DNA of 63,714 bases, filler included, from Octopus bimaculoides (GCF_001194135.2; 4 parts of 4 records of this genome joined end to end with filler, not necessarily neighbours in it), one strand, 5' to 3'; shown: positions 35,850 through 50,127, counted from the whole stretch's first letter. Notes: generated by a model from the sequence alone, not told the origin. A program made the numbers and translations.

Positions 35850-36320
35850 CATTGGCAGACTTCTTATTTTCTACTGCATTTGCAATGTTGAAGTGAAACT
35901 TCTCTCAGAGCTGCCAGCTAGAATTTTCTGAAGCTTCCATTTTCCCATTCTTTCCAAGTGTATCCCTTTGCTATATAGCTCTGTCACCCTCACTGTACCA
36001 CCACGAAATTACACGTAGCCTAGATGGGACATCCTGCTTTCTTTTGAGAATGTAGTCAGTCTGGTTTGTGTCACTACCAGATTATTAGATGGTTAGGGGA
36101 CTGGTTGGTTTCCTGAAGTTAGTGTTGCCAATCATCAAGTCATTTGAATCACAGAACTCCAGCAGCCTTGTGTTCCGTCCTCATTTATAAAACCAAAGCT
36201 GTAACCTTCATCGTTACTGAAGAATCCAAAAGAAGGGTGGGCTGCCAAACATGTCTGTTGAAATCACCACCCACAATGATAATATCATTGTCATTTGTCA
36301 TCAAAGGTAATTTACAAAAG
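35850..36320 (-). mobile_element. RTE-like LINE apurinic-endonuclease fragment
   Basis: Frameshifted IVGGDFNRHV, NED..RLLEFCDSNDLMIGNTNFRKP and TNQTDYIL motifs. Confidence 0.8.
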
Positions 36321-36972
36321 AATCTCTTAGAAGTGCTCCCTCTCTCCATATTCCAGTTCATTGTTGAGCTTGAGTAGAGATTAATGTCAATGTTGCTTAT
36401 TCAAGCCTAGTCTCAACTTCAATATTTTATTATATACTTTACATTCTCAAGAGAAATTTCTCCTCATATACCACATATGTGAATATACATAGGCTTATGA
36501 ATGACATAGAATTCATAGAATGCATGTATTTCAGCATTAGTGTACATCATCAGCTATAAATATCAACTCCATCCTTTACAACTCTGTAACACAGATAGAT
36601 AAATAAATAGATAGGTAGGTTAAACAGATAGATGGATTGATACACAGATAGACAGACATAGGGATAGATAGGGGAGACATAATGATAGGTAAAGCAAATA
36701 TGAGAGATGCCTTGCCTCAGGAGCAATTCAACGATTTTGTAACTTCTTTTAAATCCATTGCAATTGTGGAATCCCTCTCATATTGTCAGCAGGTATCTCA
36801 GGTTCATAAGCATTTCACTCCTTAGCCTGTACATTTTGCATGACTTGGGGAACAAGGACTGAACTAATCTTCACTTGCATAAGGATTCCACTTACTGTCT
36901 TATCAAGCATTATCACCTCAAACTGGTTGATGATGATGATATATATTCTGTATATAAGTATATTATATATAT

Positions 36973-37005
<33 letters not shown>

Positions 37006-37794
37006 TATATGTATGTATAATTGTAAAATCCAAGGATCTAGTTGTAGAAAGTTAGTAGGCTTTGAACAGTCAGTAGAAGATATAAAAAAAACAATGTTCA
37101 GGAACAATAATAGTTCATTGGCATAGAAGGTTGTAGGTTTTTCCCATAATGAAGTTTGATAAGCTGAAAACCATTCGTGGTTAGTACCTAGGGTTGCTAT
37201 GAATGTGAATACGCGAATACAAATCCAAATTGAGGGGATGGTGGAGATAAAATTCAGACTACATATGTTTCCAAGCAAGCAGAACCTCAGAAGTAATAGT
37301 TACTCAATGAGGGTACCCCATTAGCTACTCGTCAGCTGGATGAGTAGCTAGTGAAGTACCCCTCATTGAGTAATTATACGTTCCAATGTTCTGCTAGCTA
37401 GGAAACATATATATCCTGGATTTTACCTGCTCTATTCCCTCAGTTTGGATATATATATACATATATATACACTCACACACGCACATTCACATGTGTTTTC
37501 TGTTTTATTAAAGCTGAAAAACTTCAGAAGTTGTTACCCAGGGTTTCATGTAGCTGATCATTAGACAGAAGTGAACTCATTTCTTTCTGATGATTGGCTC
37601 CATAAAATTCTGAATAACAGTTTCATGATGCTTTTTAGCTTCAATAAAACACCATATTTTATTCTATCCTTGGTATTTGAGAGCTATATTCCTCACTTTG
37701 TTTTCCATCTGTGTACTTACATGTATATGTGTGTGTGCATGTGTATATATATATATATATATATACACATACATATTTAGGTATATCCATATTT

Positions 37795-37827
<33 letters not shown>

Positions 37828-39679
37828 TGTATATACACATATATATGTATACACACACACACACATATATATATATGTATATATGTATGTATGTATAGGC
37901 ATATATTTGCATATATGTGTATGTATATGCATATATTTGCATATATGTGTATGTATATACATACATATATCCACATACTTACATGCACACACTCACAAAC
38001 TCGCATGCACATACATACACACACACACATGTATTCACACATATGATATGTATATTTTGGTGATAAAATTGTTGCTGCTATCAATGTAATTGATGATATT
38101 ATTTCCCAGCATTGCCACACTCCACTGAATGCAGTCAATAAAATCATAAAGAATATGTTACATAATATATAGGTATATGTTGTGTTTCTGCACATAACCA
38201 TAAAAGTGTTATAAACATGCTTGTTATGGTGTGTGTAGTCTATAGTATATATGTTGAGTTATTATATATACGTTATTGTATATTGAGTTACTGTATGTAT
38301 GTTGAGTTAAGTATACTTAAGTAATCTACAAAATAGTTAGGTAAAATACATTTCACCTTTGTTAAATGTTGCACAAGGACATCTGCATGAAACCAGTGTG
38401 TTTGATTCAATCAGTTCTAATTGCTTAGACATACATATCTTACCACAGAGATATATATACATAATCACACAAAAACCATGTGTAGATATATAAGCATGTA
38501 TATATATTCTCTCCTGTTTTTTATCATCATTTAAAGTCAGTTTTCCATGCTGGCATAAGTTAGACAATTTGACCAAAGCTGGTAAGCTGGGGAGCTGCAC
38601 CAGGTTCCAGTCATCTGTTACGGCTTGGTTTCCACAGCTGGCTGCCCTTCCTAATGCCAACCACTTTACAGAATGTACTGGGTGTTTTTCAAGTATCACT
38701 GGTACGGCTGCTCTATTACACGTCACTGGTACAGGTGCTTTTTACATTTCATCAGTATAGGCCCCTTTTATGTGCCACTGGCACAAGTGTCTTTTACATG
38801 TCACTGGCATTGGCCCCAACCATGACTTTACTTAACTTGATATATTTTTTCAAGTACAGCAAATTGCCAGAAGTCTTGGTCATTTATCATTGCCTCCATG
38901 AGACTCAACAACCAAAGATCATATTTCATCACCTCATCCTATGTCTTCCTCGGTCTACTTCTTCCACAGGTTCCCTCCACAATTAGAGATTGACAATTCT
39001 TCCTCTGAAGAAGAAGCTGGTTTCTAACAAAGATATAAAGCTCCATATTTGAAAAGTAGATAAAGAAAACAATGTCGTCACATTTTAATTTTGAGAAAAG
39101 TCTTGTATATTTTTACTGTTAAACTTACAGATTGTGGTTGTAATGTGTTAGTTGGTTGATTGCTTTTTCTGAAAATCCAAGCTTATCCAGACTGTCAGTT
39201 TAGGATTTACTCACAAAGCCGAGTGCACCAATTATTATTGGTATAAAGGTAAATTCATAATTTGGAAATAGAAGCTGGAGGTTTAGAAGCCATTGTCCAT
39301 AGTTATCTTCTTTCTCTTTGATTTTCAAGGAGATATTCACATCAGCAGGACATAACTGACCTCCATGATGGTACATACTTTTTCTTCTCTATCTGTGTGT
39401 ATGTGTGTGTATTTATTCTCTTTATCTTTTTAATTTAGAATATATTTTGAATGGTTACTTATTTGGTGAAGCGTTTTGAAGGAGAGCATCCTGTGTTGTT
39501 CCTCATCCTTTGACTTTTACGAAGGTCTTGCAGATTTTTATAGTTCCAGATATCATGATTAGTTGTACTTTATGAATTAGGGATTTGTGTTCTCTTCTCA
39601 AGAGCCCAAGTTCAGCCAAAATTTAATCAAGATAAATTGGTATGTATCCTGTTTCTCCAATAATAGTAGGTATGAATAA

Positions 39680-39712
<33 letters not shown>

Positions 39713-39852
39713 TCTGTGTGTGCTTGTGTGTGTGTGTATATAAAGACGATAAGACCATTATTTAAAATAACGATCATATCAAGTGGCCAATATGGAAAAA
39801 AACCATATAGGTAATAATTATTGTAGATATATAATAATATAAATATAATTAT

Positions 39853-40056
39853 AATTAAGGATACTGAAGAGGCACCACCATGCCAGAATTAGTAGTCAAA
39901 ACTGACTCTAATACAACATCATATATTCATTTAGCACAGGTGAAAAGATGAATGAACAAAGAAATTAGCAAAAAAGTAATGGCTAACCATTGTGGTTTAA
40001 GACTCAGTTTTGACTGCTATTTTTGGCATGGTGGTGCATCTGCAGTATCCTTAATT
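39853..40056. mobile_element. Hairpin MITE with ~58-bp imperfect inverted arms
   Basis: aattaaggatactg...gtcaaaactgactc versus gactcagttttgac...cagtatccttaatt. Confidence 0.7.
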
Positions 40057-41239
40057 CGGCACCATTAACTTTAATTATATATAGATATATATATACACAT
40101 ATATATATATAATAGACAAGTTAAAATAGTGGTCATTACATATAATTCCTTTATTATCACTCTGTAAAAACCAGTTTGTCTGGAGCCCAGCCATGCATTT
40201 ACAATATAGAATTGTGATGAGCCATAACTTCGGACCTTGCCAAAAGATTATCTGAAGTTCTTCACTAATCTAAGTAATATTGTTGGCAAACTTTGGGAAG
40301 TGAGCCCACACGAGTTTCACTAAGAAAAGAAAAACCTAACGTGTCGCAAACCCCTTATTTTTGTTTGGAAATGAAACACAATTTGAGTTTCAGCAGGAAA
40401 CTGATGTGTGTGTGAAGGAGAGAGGGGAGAGCGAGAGAAAGATAGAGAGAGAGAGAAAGAGGAGAGAGATGAGAATCATATAAATAATAAAGCGGCATTT
40501 GTATTGGTAAAATTTAGAAAAAACATTTATATTTTGTTGGGATTAATCCAATGATTTGAATGCAAGGTATATAATACATTTCATGTCCACATATACATAC
40601 ACACTCATATATATTATTTAATGATTATTACTCTGTATTTTATTATAGTTCTTTTTAGTGTATTTACTTATTAAATTTTTCTATATGTGACTGGATTTTC
40701 ATGGATGAGTTCATGAACTTTGGTTCTTTTCTCTAAATTATATGTTTATATATTATATACTGTGAAACTTAATTTAATTTTAATTTTTGATAAATTGATT
40801 TTAATTGAATTAAACCTTAGGATAGGCATTATGCCGGTAATAAACACACTGGTTCAGTCCTTTATTTATTTATAAACAGTATTTAGTTTTTTTTTTTGTT
40901 AAATAATTTCATTGCACTCTTGCAATCTCTTCAGTGACTTGTCTCTCCACTTCCATTTTTTTTGAATGTATGATTTAGCATTGTTTTGAAATTGTCCGGT
41001 ATGAGCATGTGAGTGTGTGCATGCTCGTATGTGTACTTGCTCGTATCTGTGCAAGCTTGTATGTGTGTGTGCTTATATGTAAGCATGTGCGTCCATATGT
41101 GTGTATGTTAAATTTCATTCATATCAGATAAGATAGAGACTTTGGACTTGGTTTTAGTTTTCTCTCTGTTATTTTCTGTTTTCTTCGTAAATGCATCCTT
41201 TTTACATTCACGTTCTGTATTTTATGGGTGGGCTTTTAT

Positions 41240-41602
41240 CTACGTGTAATTGCTATTCAAAATTGGTCGTGTTTCAGTTATGAGGACTGACTCTTGTATT
41301 TGCCGTAACGATGCGTCATCAGGGTGTCTAGACAGGATTTCTATGCTAATCCTGTCCAGTATGCCACCATGTTGTTCTTTGGCATGCTGGTAGAGCACCG
41401 AGTTTCGTTTGTGATTCTTATAGTCCCTCCAATGTTCATTTACATGCTCAGTTAAACTTCTCACCGTTTCACTTATGTATGCTGTGTTTCTGTTTTTACA
41501 ATCACCATCCATACAGCTTATTTTGTAAACCACATTTCTGGTTTTGCAGTTGATACCAGGACTATATTTGCACACAATGCAATGCAATTCTCTTCTACAC
41601 AC
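41240..41602 (-). mobile_element. Penelope-like element, GIY-YIG endonuclease fragment
   Basis: NVVYKISC...AYISET.RSL..HVNEH...HAKEQH, with an upstream CxxC. Confidence 0.85.
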
Positions 41603-41929
41603 CTTGTCCTTCTGAAGGGGTATGTCCTTTGGATTTTTATCCCTAATATTATATATATATATGCAAAAATTTTATAATTATAAGCATAATTATAATTAGG
41701 GTTCAGCAAAATTGCTTCAACACATACTGAAATTAGAAATAGCAGTTAAATACTATTTCACTACCATAAGATATGATGATGATGATGAAGATATCTCTCC
41801 ATCTCTGGGAGATATCTTATAGTAGTGGAATAGTTTTTAACTGCTATATGTAAATTTCGGTATGTGGTGAAGCAATTTTGCTGAACCTTAATTTTATGCT
41901 TATAATTATAATGATAGGTGTTGTACCGC

Positions 41930-43594
41930 TTCACCTTTGGCCCAAGAAGTGTCTTCTGTTAGTGGAAAGAGTGTATCCGCCGAGACAGTTCACCGAACTT
42001 TGAACCAGTGTGGTCTCCATGGATGCATTCCTTGCAGGAAACCTCTCTTTACTACCAGACATAAATCGAGTTGTGTTTCTTTTGCTGAAACCTATGTCAG
42101 TGAGAGGAAGGGGTTTTGGAATAAAATTCTTCTTTCTGACAAGACCAAAATCAGCTTCTTTGGGTCAGATGGTATTAAATGAGTATGGGGACGACCAGGT
42201 GAAGATAATAGCAACACATGTATTGTGTCTACTGTGAAACACGGTGACAAAAGTGTTATGCTTTGGGAATGCATGTGTGTGACTAGTGCGAGAGGACTCA
42301 CATTTATTCTTTTCTACTCTAGGCACAAGGCTCGAAATTTTGGGGGACGGGGCCAGTCGATTAGATTGACTCCGGTATGCAACTGGTACTTAATTTATCA
42401 ACCCTGAAATGATGAAAGACAAATTCGTCCTCGGCAGAATTTGAACTCAGAACATGAAGACAGACGAAATAGTGCTAAGCACTTCACCTAGCATGTTAAT
42501 GTTTCTGCCAGCTCGCCACCTTTGGAACCAGTAGTGATGATTCTCACAGTGGAATTTACACTCAGTTGGGTGATTCAAGCAGTGATGCCACCCCAACTCA
42601 CTTCTATCGGAAGAAGAAATCCAGTAGTGAAGTTAAAGAAACTAAAGATGATGGCAATGTTAATAGTTCTTCAGTAGATACCTTGAACTGCTCAAGTGAA
42701 GTTGGGGCCAAAACCCAATCCGCAGGGGAATCATTTCTGAGTACTTTAAAATGTAAAGGGTTTTCAATTTGCAGTATTTTATAGTCACCATCCCATTTAT
42801 TCTTTTCTACTCTAGGCACAAGGCCCAAAAGTTTTGGGGAGGGGACCAGTCGATTAGATCGACACCAGTACACAACTGGTACTTAATTTATCAACCCCGA
42901 AAGCATGAAAAGCAAAGTTGACCTTGGCGGAATTTTAACTCAGAACATAAAGACAGACGAAATACTGTCATGCTCACGTTTCTGCCAGCACGCCATCACA
43001 TTTATAGTGAAAACAATGGGTTCAAGGCTTTATTGTGACATATTGCAGAAAACAGTGTTGAAAAGCATCAAGGAACTCGGAAGACATTCCATGTTCCAAC
43101 ATGATAATGACCCTAAACACACTTCAAAGATGATGACTAAGTTTTTATCAGATAAAAAGGTAAATGTTTGCCTTGTCCTGCCATGTCACCAGATTTAAAC
43201 ACAATAGAAAAAATCACACAATATAACACAGTTGAAAGTCATCATTCCAGATGAATGGAGGTCGATTTCATTGGTTATATGTAGAAATTTAGTTGACTCT
43301 ATCTATGCCCAGAAGACTTAATGATGTCATTGAAAGCAAGGGCAATCAAACCAAATATTAAATATAACAAATAATCCAAGAGTGTGTTCATATTTTTGTC
43401 TCATTTGAAAATTAATATTTCATTCTTATCTTTGAAAATGTTTATTGTTTTGTGTTTTAAATTTGTATAACGTTTGCATATATAATATATTTTATTCAGT
43501 ATAAATTTCATTTGATTTCCTTCAATATTATGAGAGTAATGGCAAGTTTACTGAAATTTTTTTTGGAGTGTACATACTTCTGTAAGATACTGTA
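41930..43594 (+). mobile_element. Decayed Tc1 (DD34E-type) transposon interrupted by a SINE-ORF-SINE cassette
   Basis: ILLSDKTKISFFGSDG, STVKHGDKSVMLW, GLTFI|VKTMGSRLYCDIL...MFQHDNDPKHTSK; right TIR near 43570-43594. Confidence 0.85.
42308..42995 (-). mobile_element. Composite insertion: SINE (42308-42520), unique ~280 bp, SINE (42801-42995), bounded by a 10-bp TSD
   Basis: TCACATTTAT at 42298-42307 and 42996-43005; the Tc1 frame resumes across it. Confidence 0.8.
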
Positions 43595-45593
43595 CATATA
43601 TGTGTGTGTGTGTGTGTGTTTGTACATACTTCTGTGAGATATTGTACATATATGTGTGTGTGTGTATATATTAGTATGTATGTATGTATATGTATATATA
43701 ATATATGTGTGTGTGTGTGTTATGAAATACGATGTGTGTTAGCTTTATAACATAGTCTATAAAATAGTACAGGAAGGTGCTACACCAATTGATTGGCATA
43801 GCAGCATCATTGTTGTCTGGAACAAAGTCATAAAAAATAGTCTGGAATGAAGCAATGACAAGGCATCAAACTGTTGTGAATGTTACAAAGAGATTTAAAG
43901 CAGAAATTAATGGGAAGAGAAACGACTTCTTTGAGATGCAGTTTGAGTTTCTACCAGTGAGAAGAACTAGTGCTTAATTTCTGTTATTCACATCATTGGT
44001 TAATCTGGAGAAGGATTTCTGATAGGTTAACATGCTTTGGTGCGTGGGGGCCACATACAAAACTTGGTGAATCTCTTGTAAGAGATATGCAAGGGGCTCT
44101 CAATAAATCATCATCATCATCAACATCATCATTCTTTAACTTCTGTTTTCCATGCCGGCATGGGTTGGATGGTTTCACCAGAGCTGGCAAGCTTGGGTGC
44201 TGCACCAGGTACCAGTCTGATTTGGCATGGTTTCCATGGCTGGAATGCCCTTCCTAATGCCAAAGTGAGAGTTAATATCGAGTTTAGGGAAACATTTAGC
44301 ATGGAGGTAGATGTGCATCAGTGTTCCTTTTCCTAATCCCTACTGTTTGTTATTATTCTAGGGATAATCAGAGAAAAATTCCAACAGATATATCATCATC
44401 ATCATACATCCGTTTTCCATGCTGGATGGTTTGACCAGAGCTGGCAAAAAATCCAGACACATGACAGTAAATCATTTAAAGACGAAATGTTTTATCTATT
44501 ATAAAGGAACAAGCCCCTACTTCTATCTGCTACATAACCATGTTTGATGTGCAAAACAGATAAGGTAAAATTCTACATGTTGTACCAATTGTAATGTATG
44601 GCACCTCTGGCTGATGAACTGAGCAGGAAAACTTTGTCTTATGTCATACATGCTTATGTCATGAACAAAAATAACAAAGTAGTACTGGATAATGTATGAT
44701 AATAGAATCAAACCAAATATTGATATCTTAAATGTTTTTAATATACATGTTTCAGATCATTATGCAAGAGAAAAAGAGAATTCATCTTTTACGAAATATC
44801 TTCTCCAGTGAAGACATTTCAGAATATGGTACCATAGAATTTACCCTTTATTCAGCCTTGGCCGGGCTATATCAAAAGAATCTAGCTACAAGAAGAGAGA
44901 AGGAAAAGGTACAATAGAAGGAGTGGAGTGTATTTATAGAGAAAGAAAGGAGAGAGTGGAAGCAAGAGAGAGGAAAGGGAGTAGGTGTAAGGTGAGGGAA
45001 ATAAGGAAGAGAAGAGGGAAAGGAACGAAGAAGAGAGAAGAAAGGCAGAACTGGATCTGAGGAAAAGGAGAGAATGGTTTAAATAGATAAACAAACAAAC
45101 AAATGAAGAAATGAATGAATAGAAAAGCAAATAAGTGAAGCAGAATGTTCTGGGCAGAGAGAGAGTAGGTAAAATGAAATGCAGTTATATTCTTTCACCT
45201 GTTTCAGTCATTTGACTGCGGTCATGCTAGAGCACTACCTGAAAGAGTTTTTTAGTTGAAGAAATTGACCCCAGGACTTATTCTTTGTAAGCCTAGTATT
45301 TATTCTATTGGTCTCTTTTGCTGAACCACTAGGTTACAGAGATGTAAATACATCGACATGAGTTGTCAAGCGATTGTGGGGAGGACAAACGTAGACACAA
45401 AGACACACACACATAAATATATGAATATATATATGTATATATATATACACGAGAGGTTTCTTTCAGTTTCCATCTACCAAATACACTCACACAACTTTGG
45501 CTGCCTGAGGTTATAATAGAAGACACTTGCTCAAGGTACCATGCAGTGGGACTAAATCTAGAACTAGGGTTGGGTTGGGAAGGAAGCTTCTTA

Positions 45594-45808
45594 TTTCTTT
45601 ACTGCCCACGAGGGGATAAACATAGAGGGGACAAACAAGTGATTAAGTCGATTACATTGACCCCAGTGCGTAACTGGTACTTAATTTATCGACCCTGAAA
45701 GGATGAAAGGCAAAGTCGACCTCAGCGGAATTTGAACTCAGAACGTAGCAGCAGACGAAATACCACTGAGCATTTCGCCCAGCGTGCTAACGTTTCTGCC
45801 AGCTTGCT
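45594..45808 (-). mobile_element. SINE nested in an older SINE, with a 16-bp TSD
   Basis: GGAAGGAAGCTTCTTA at 45578-45593 and 45809-45824. Confidence 0.85.
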
Positions 45809-47177
45809 GGAAGGAAGCTTCTTACAATACAGCCACTCCTGTGCCTTGTTGGAGAAATACAAAGGAATCATAGGGGACATATAAATGATATGGTTGATGG
45901 GAGGTGGGGATGGAAGTTGTGAAAAGGGACAAGAACATTCTTATCCCCTTTCACCACTTACAGTCAAGTATTAGTGAAGTTATGATTGTCTTATTCCCTC
46001 CTCTCAAAGTTACTAACCTTGTGTCAAATAAGGATTTTACATTTCTTAATCAACCTTTTAGCATTTAAACCAACCATATCCGGCCAAAATATTCTTCCTC
46101 TTTTATGTACAAAGTGACCAGATCTGGCCTCTCACACTAACCCTATAATGTCACTCTAAAAATTAAGTTACCTCATCAAAATCTGAAAGCTATGAAATGG
46201 TGTGGGATTAATTCAAAACATTATGCATAAATTAGCATTACTTTTGATAAAATAATGTGAATGCTAAAGGATTAAATGAAAGTCAGAAATCTACTCCACT
46301 GTGATTTGAACATAGATTATAAAAGAACGTCAGTTCATCTCCCTTATTTTATATGTCCCTGTCTCTACTTGCTCTTCTGTTTACTCATTGGTCCAGTATT
46401 AACTATATTAGTAAAATATTAATAGAAGTGTTTTCTTTGAGATATTAAATACAACAATTTTTTTAAAAAAGTATTTATGAAAGAAATAAAAAATCACTGA
46501 GTGTTCTACAATATTATTATATTGGAACAGTAACATATTATCAGAAATATTCAGAGATGAGATCAATTAATGAAGACACGTTGCTGTTTTATTGATGCCA
46601 TTAAAAATTTAGATTCAATGGAAATTAATGCAAGAAGAAATCTAACCTGTTATAGCTGCTCTCTGGAAAAGTTAAGTTTCATATGATAGCCATCTCATTT
46701 TGCATTTGTCTGTAACATAGAAAAAAAAATCACTGTTCCATCAAGAGAATTGATGAAATTGATAAAACAATGAATCTCTGCTTTCATATAGATGCCAGTC
46801 TCCAACTCTTGGACATCTATTTATGTCTGCCGATGTCAGCCTATTCCTGTCTTACTGTGTTCAACATGGATTCTTTCTTTTACTCTTCATTTGACTGTGG
46901 CTATACTGGAGCACTGCCTTAAAGGTTTTTTTTAGCCCCCAGGACTTATTCTTTACAAGTCTAGTACTTGTTCTATTGGTCTCTTTTGCTGAACTGCTAA
47001 GTTACAGGGATATAAACATGCCAACGTAATGTTTCTATTGTCTTGGCTCAACAGCCCTCACCATTTGTTTTTACTGTCTTGTTCTCACTGTCCTGTTCTT
47101 GTTAACACTTTCACCCTCCGCAAAAAATTCCAAATTTTATTTAATTTGCTTTGTGGGAAGGACTGTTTGAACGAAGT

Positions 47178-47238
47178 CACGTATTGTCCTTGCCTTTGAA
47201 ACGTGGAGTAGATGGAGCAGGGACAACTGACGAAGGGG
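47178..47238 (+). ncRNA. Candidate hammerhead ribozyme with non-circularly permuted strand order
   Basis: Exact CUGACGA and GAAA core, GUA triplet, 10-bp stem I, 5-6-bp stem III and a weak stem II, all paired by eye. Confidence 0.5.
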
Positions 47239-47803
47239 TATATTCTTTATGTTGCATGTCTTGTTTCTCTGTTTTTTCGTTATTCGAAAAATGTTAATTT
47301 TCTGTTTTCGTCTTTGTTTTTGTTTCTCATTGTGTTTAATGTTTTTTTGATGTCCTGTACCCATATATACAGGTATATACATATATGTATGGATATATGC
47401 ATATATTTATATATATNNNNNNNNNNNNNNNNNNNNNNNNNNNNNNNNNNNNNNNNNNNNNNNNNNNNNNNNNNNNNNNNNNNNNNNNNNNNNNNNNNNN
47501 NNNNNNNNNNNNNNNNNNNNNNNNNNNNNNNNNNNNNNNNNNNNNNNNNNNNNNNNNNNNNNNNNNNNNNNNNNNNNNNNNNNNNNNNNNNNNNNNNNNN
47601 NNNNNNNNNNNNNNNNNNNNNNNNNNNNNNNNNNNNNNNNNNNNNNNNNNNNNNNNNNNNNNNNNNNNNNNNNNNNNNNNNNNNNNNNNNNNNNNNNNNN
47701 NNNNNNNNNNNNNNNNNNNNNNNNNNNNNNNNNNNNNNNNNNNNNNNNNNNNNNNNNNNNNNNNNNNNNNNNNNNNNNNNNNNNNNNNNNNNNNNNNNNN
47801 NNN

Positions 47804-47836
<33 letters not shown>

Positions 47837-48479
47837 GTGTGTATGTACATATATGTATATATAAGTAAATGTAAGGATAAGCAATTTAGGAAGGTCACTA
47901 TACGACGTATATTAAATACAGGAAATACATAAAATATATGTCTGTTTACATACAAAAATGTTCATCTTTGAACTTCATTCTGTCAATGCCTCAAATGTAA
48001 GATCTCTTCCCTGAAGATGGAGGCTCATCTCATCCTGTGATGGAATCAATCTACAAACATTATTTTTGACCACTGAGCCCCCAGATACAGCTCTTGGATT
48101 TGTAATACTTTCTTTCAACCCCTTTAATTCTCGAGGTCATTTTTATTCTGTGTAAGTCAGACCTTTTTGTATGTAAACATACATACATTTTTTGTATTTC
48201 ATGTAATTGTATATTGTATTTGTATATTGACCAAATACTTCAATAAAAAGGAAGCAAAAATCTTGTGCGAACTTACTAAAATTGTAAAATATTGAAGACT
48301 TGTTACCTGGGATTGTTGAGTTGCAAAAACAGTAACAATAACTCAAGGAACAATGATAACAACAACAAGGATTGCAGCAACAAATGTTACAACTAATGAG
48401 GCTTGATAGTGTCTCACATAATTGGCTATTCAAGGCCCTTGAGATATACAAGATCTCTCCTGTAGTCTCTTAGAAGGTA

Positions 48480-48660
48480 GCATGGCACCCTCTTAATACC
48501 TGTCACCTTCTAAACCATAGTAAGGGGATGAGCCAATCTAACAACATCAACATCAAACAAGGCATCTTTCAGGGTGATTCCCTCTCCCTATTACTCTTTT
48601 GCATGCCACTGATCCCACTCTCAAATGAACTGAGTAACACCAGGTATGTGTCCAAAATGT
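48480..48660 (+). mobile_element. Non-LTR retrotransposon RT fragment (R2/R4/NeSL-like)
   Basis: INIKQGIFQGDSLSLLLFC. Confidence 0.75.
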
Positions 48661-48958
48661 ATAATATCAAAGTAAACCATCCTTGACCAGGTGGTGCGTT
48701 GTGTTCTTGAGCAAAACACTTCATCTCTTGCTGCTCTGCAATCACTTCTACCCTTGACATGTGGTACAATGTGCACCTGTTCAGGTAATGTTGATTTGAT
48801 GGAGGGAGTGAGCTAATGTGCAGCACAAACATTTGATCACTATAAGCAAATCATTTGTGCAGGTTGCTCAGCAAAGGCTGAATGCTCACATGTCTTTCAT
48901 GGGAGAGGCCATCATTATATATATATGTGCATGTGTGCATGCATACATTTATATATGC

Positions 48959-49005
<47 letters not shown>

Positions 49006-49089
49006 TGTATGCATTTATATATATATATATNNNNNNNNNNNNNNNNNNNNNNNNNNNNNNNNNNNNNNNNNNNNNNNNNNNNNNNNNNN

Positions 49090-50127
49090 TGATTTATTCA
49101 ATCAAAATATGATCCATGTTCATTTATGACATTTACCCAACATTTCTCTATGTCATATATTCCAGCTTTTAAAAAAATTCATCTTTTTCCTGTTCAAATG
49201 CTTCAAGTACCTCTTCTCTAAGAATATTTCATTGCTTATGAAAAGCTCGAAATGCTTAAATAAGTGATGATCTTTTGGAGAGATACCAGTGGAATAGGGA
49301 GGATGTTGCAAAATCTCATAATTCAGGCTTTGCAACTTTTGGAGTATAGCCTGAGGAATTTGAAGACATGCATTGTCGTGGAGCAAAAGTGAGCCATTTC
49401 TATTCACTAGTCTGGGTTGCTTCTTTTTCAAATTCTCATGCACACAATCAGTTTCCTGGCAAAACGATGTTCCTTTTACTATTTTTCCTTGTTGCAATAA
49501 TGAAGAACCCCCTTCGCAGGCCACCATACAGTGGCCACTAACGTTTTAGTGTGCAATGTTGGGTTTGGGTAGTGTTTAGGTGACTCTCCTGCATCTAATC
49601 ACTGTCCTGTTTTCCTGCTGTTGTCAAAGAGTATCCATTTCTCATCACATCTAATGATTCAATGCAAAAATGGTTCTTTTTCCAGTTGAGAAAGCAATAA
49701 GAAGCACACTTTGAGGTGCCTGTCTTTTTTTTTTAATCTCGTTCAGTTGATGTGGAACAAACCTATCTATTTTCTTGACTTTTCCAATTTTTTTCAGGTG
49801 TTGGAAAAGAGTTGTGTGAGATGTTTGGAGTTCTGATGAAAGTTTTTGGACTGTTGTTCTCAGATTTTGTTCAAACCAAAGCATTTAATCCATCATGCCA
49901 AGTGACTGATTTTTGGCCTTCCTCTTGGTTCATTTTCAAGGCTATCATCTGAAAGAGGTCTTTAGAACAATCTCTGAACAGTTCTGATGTCAACAAAACT
50001 ATTACCAAAGCCCTTCTTGATATTCCGTGTGACCCAGTTTGTACTCATAAGAGAAAATGATTCAACATTGTTTGGTTGTTATCCTTTTCATAAGGTCTGT
50101 GGCTACAAATTTTGTACACCAATATTG
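49090..50127 (-). mobile_element. Decayed mariner transposon
   Basis: IGKVKKIDRFVPHQLNE, LLLHDNA, ILQHPPYS..ISPKDHHLFKH. Confidence 0.85.

Noticed and set aside
44750-44890. Possible exons on + (IIMQEKKRIHLL...) and on - (LDSFDIARPRLNKG)
   Set aside because: They have plausible splice signals but no similarity to OTUD6B or the repeat protein, so they cannot be supported. The 5' exons of OTUD6B were not found and may lie in gaps.
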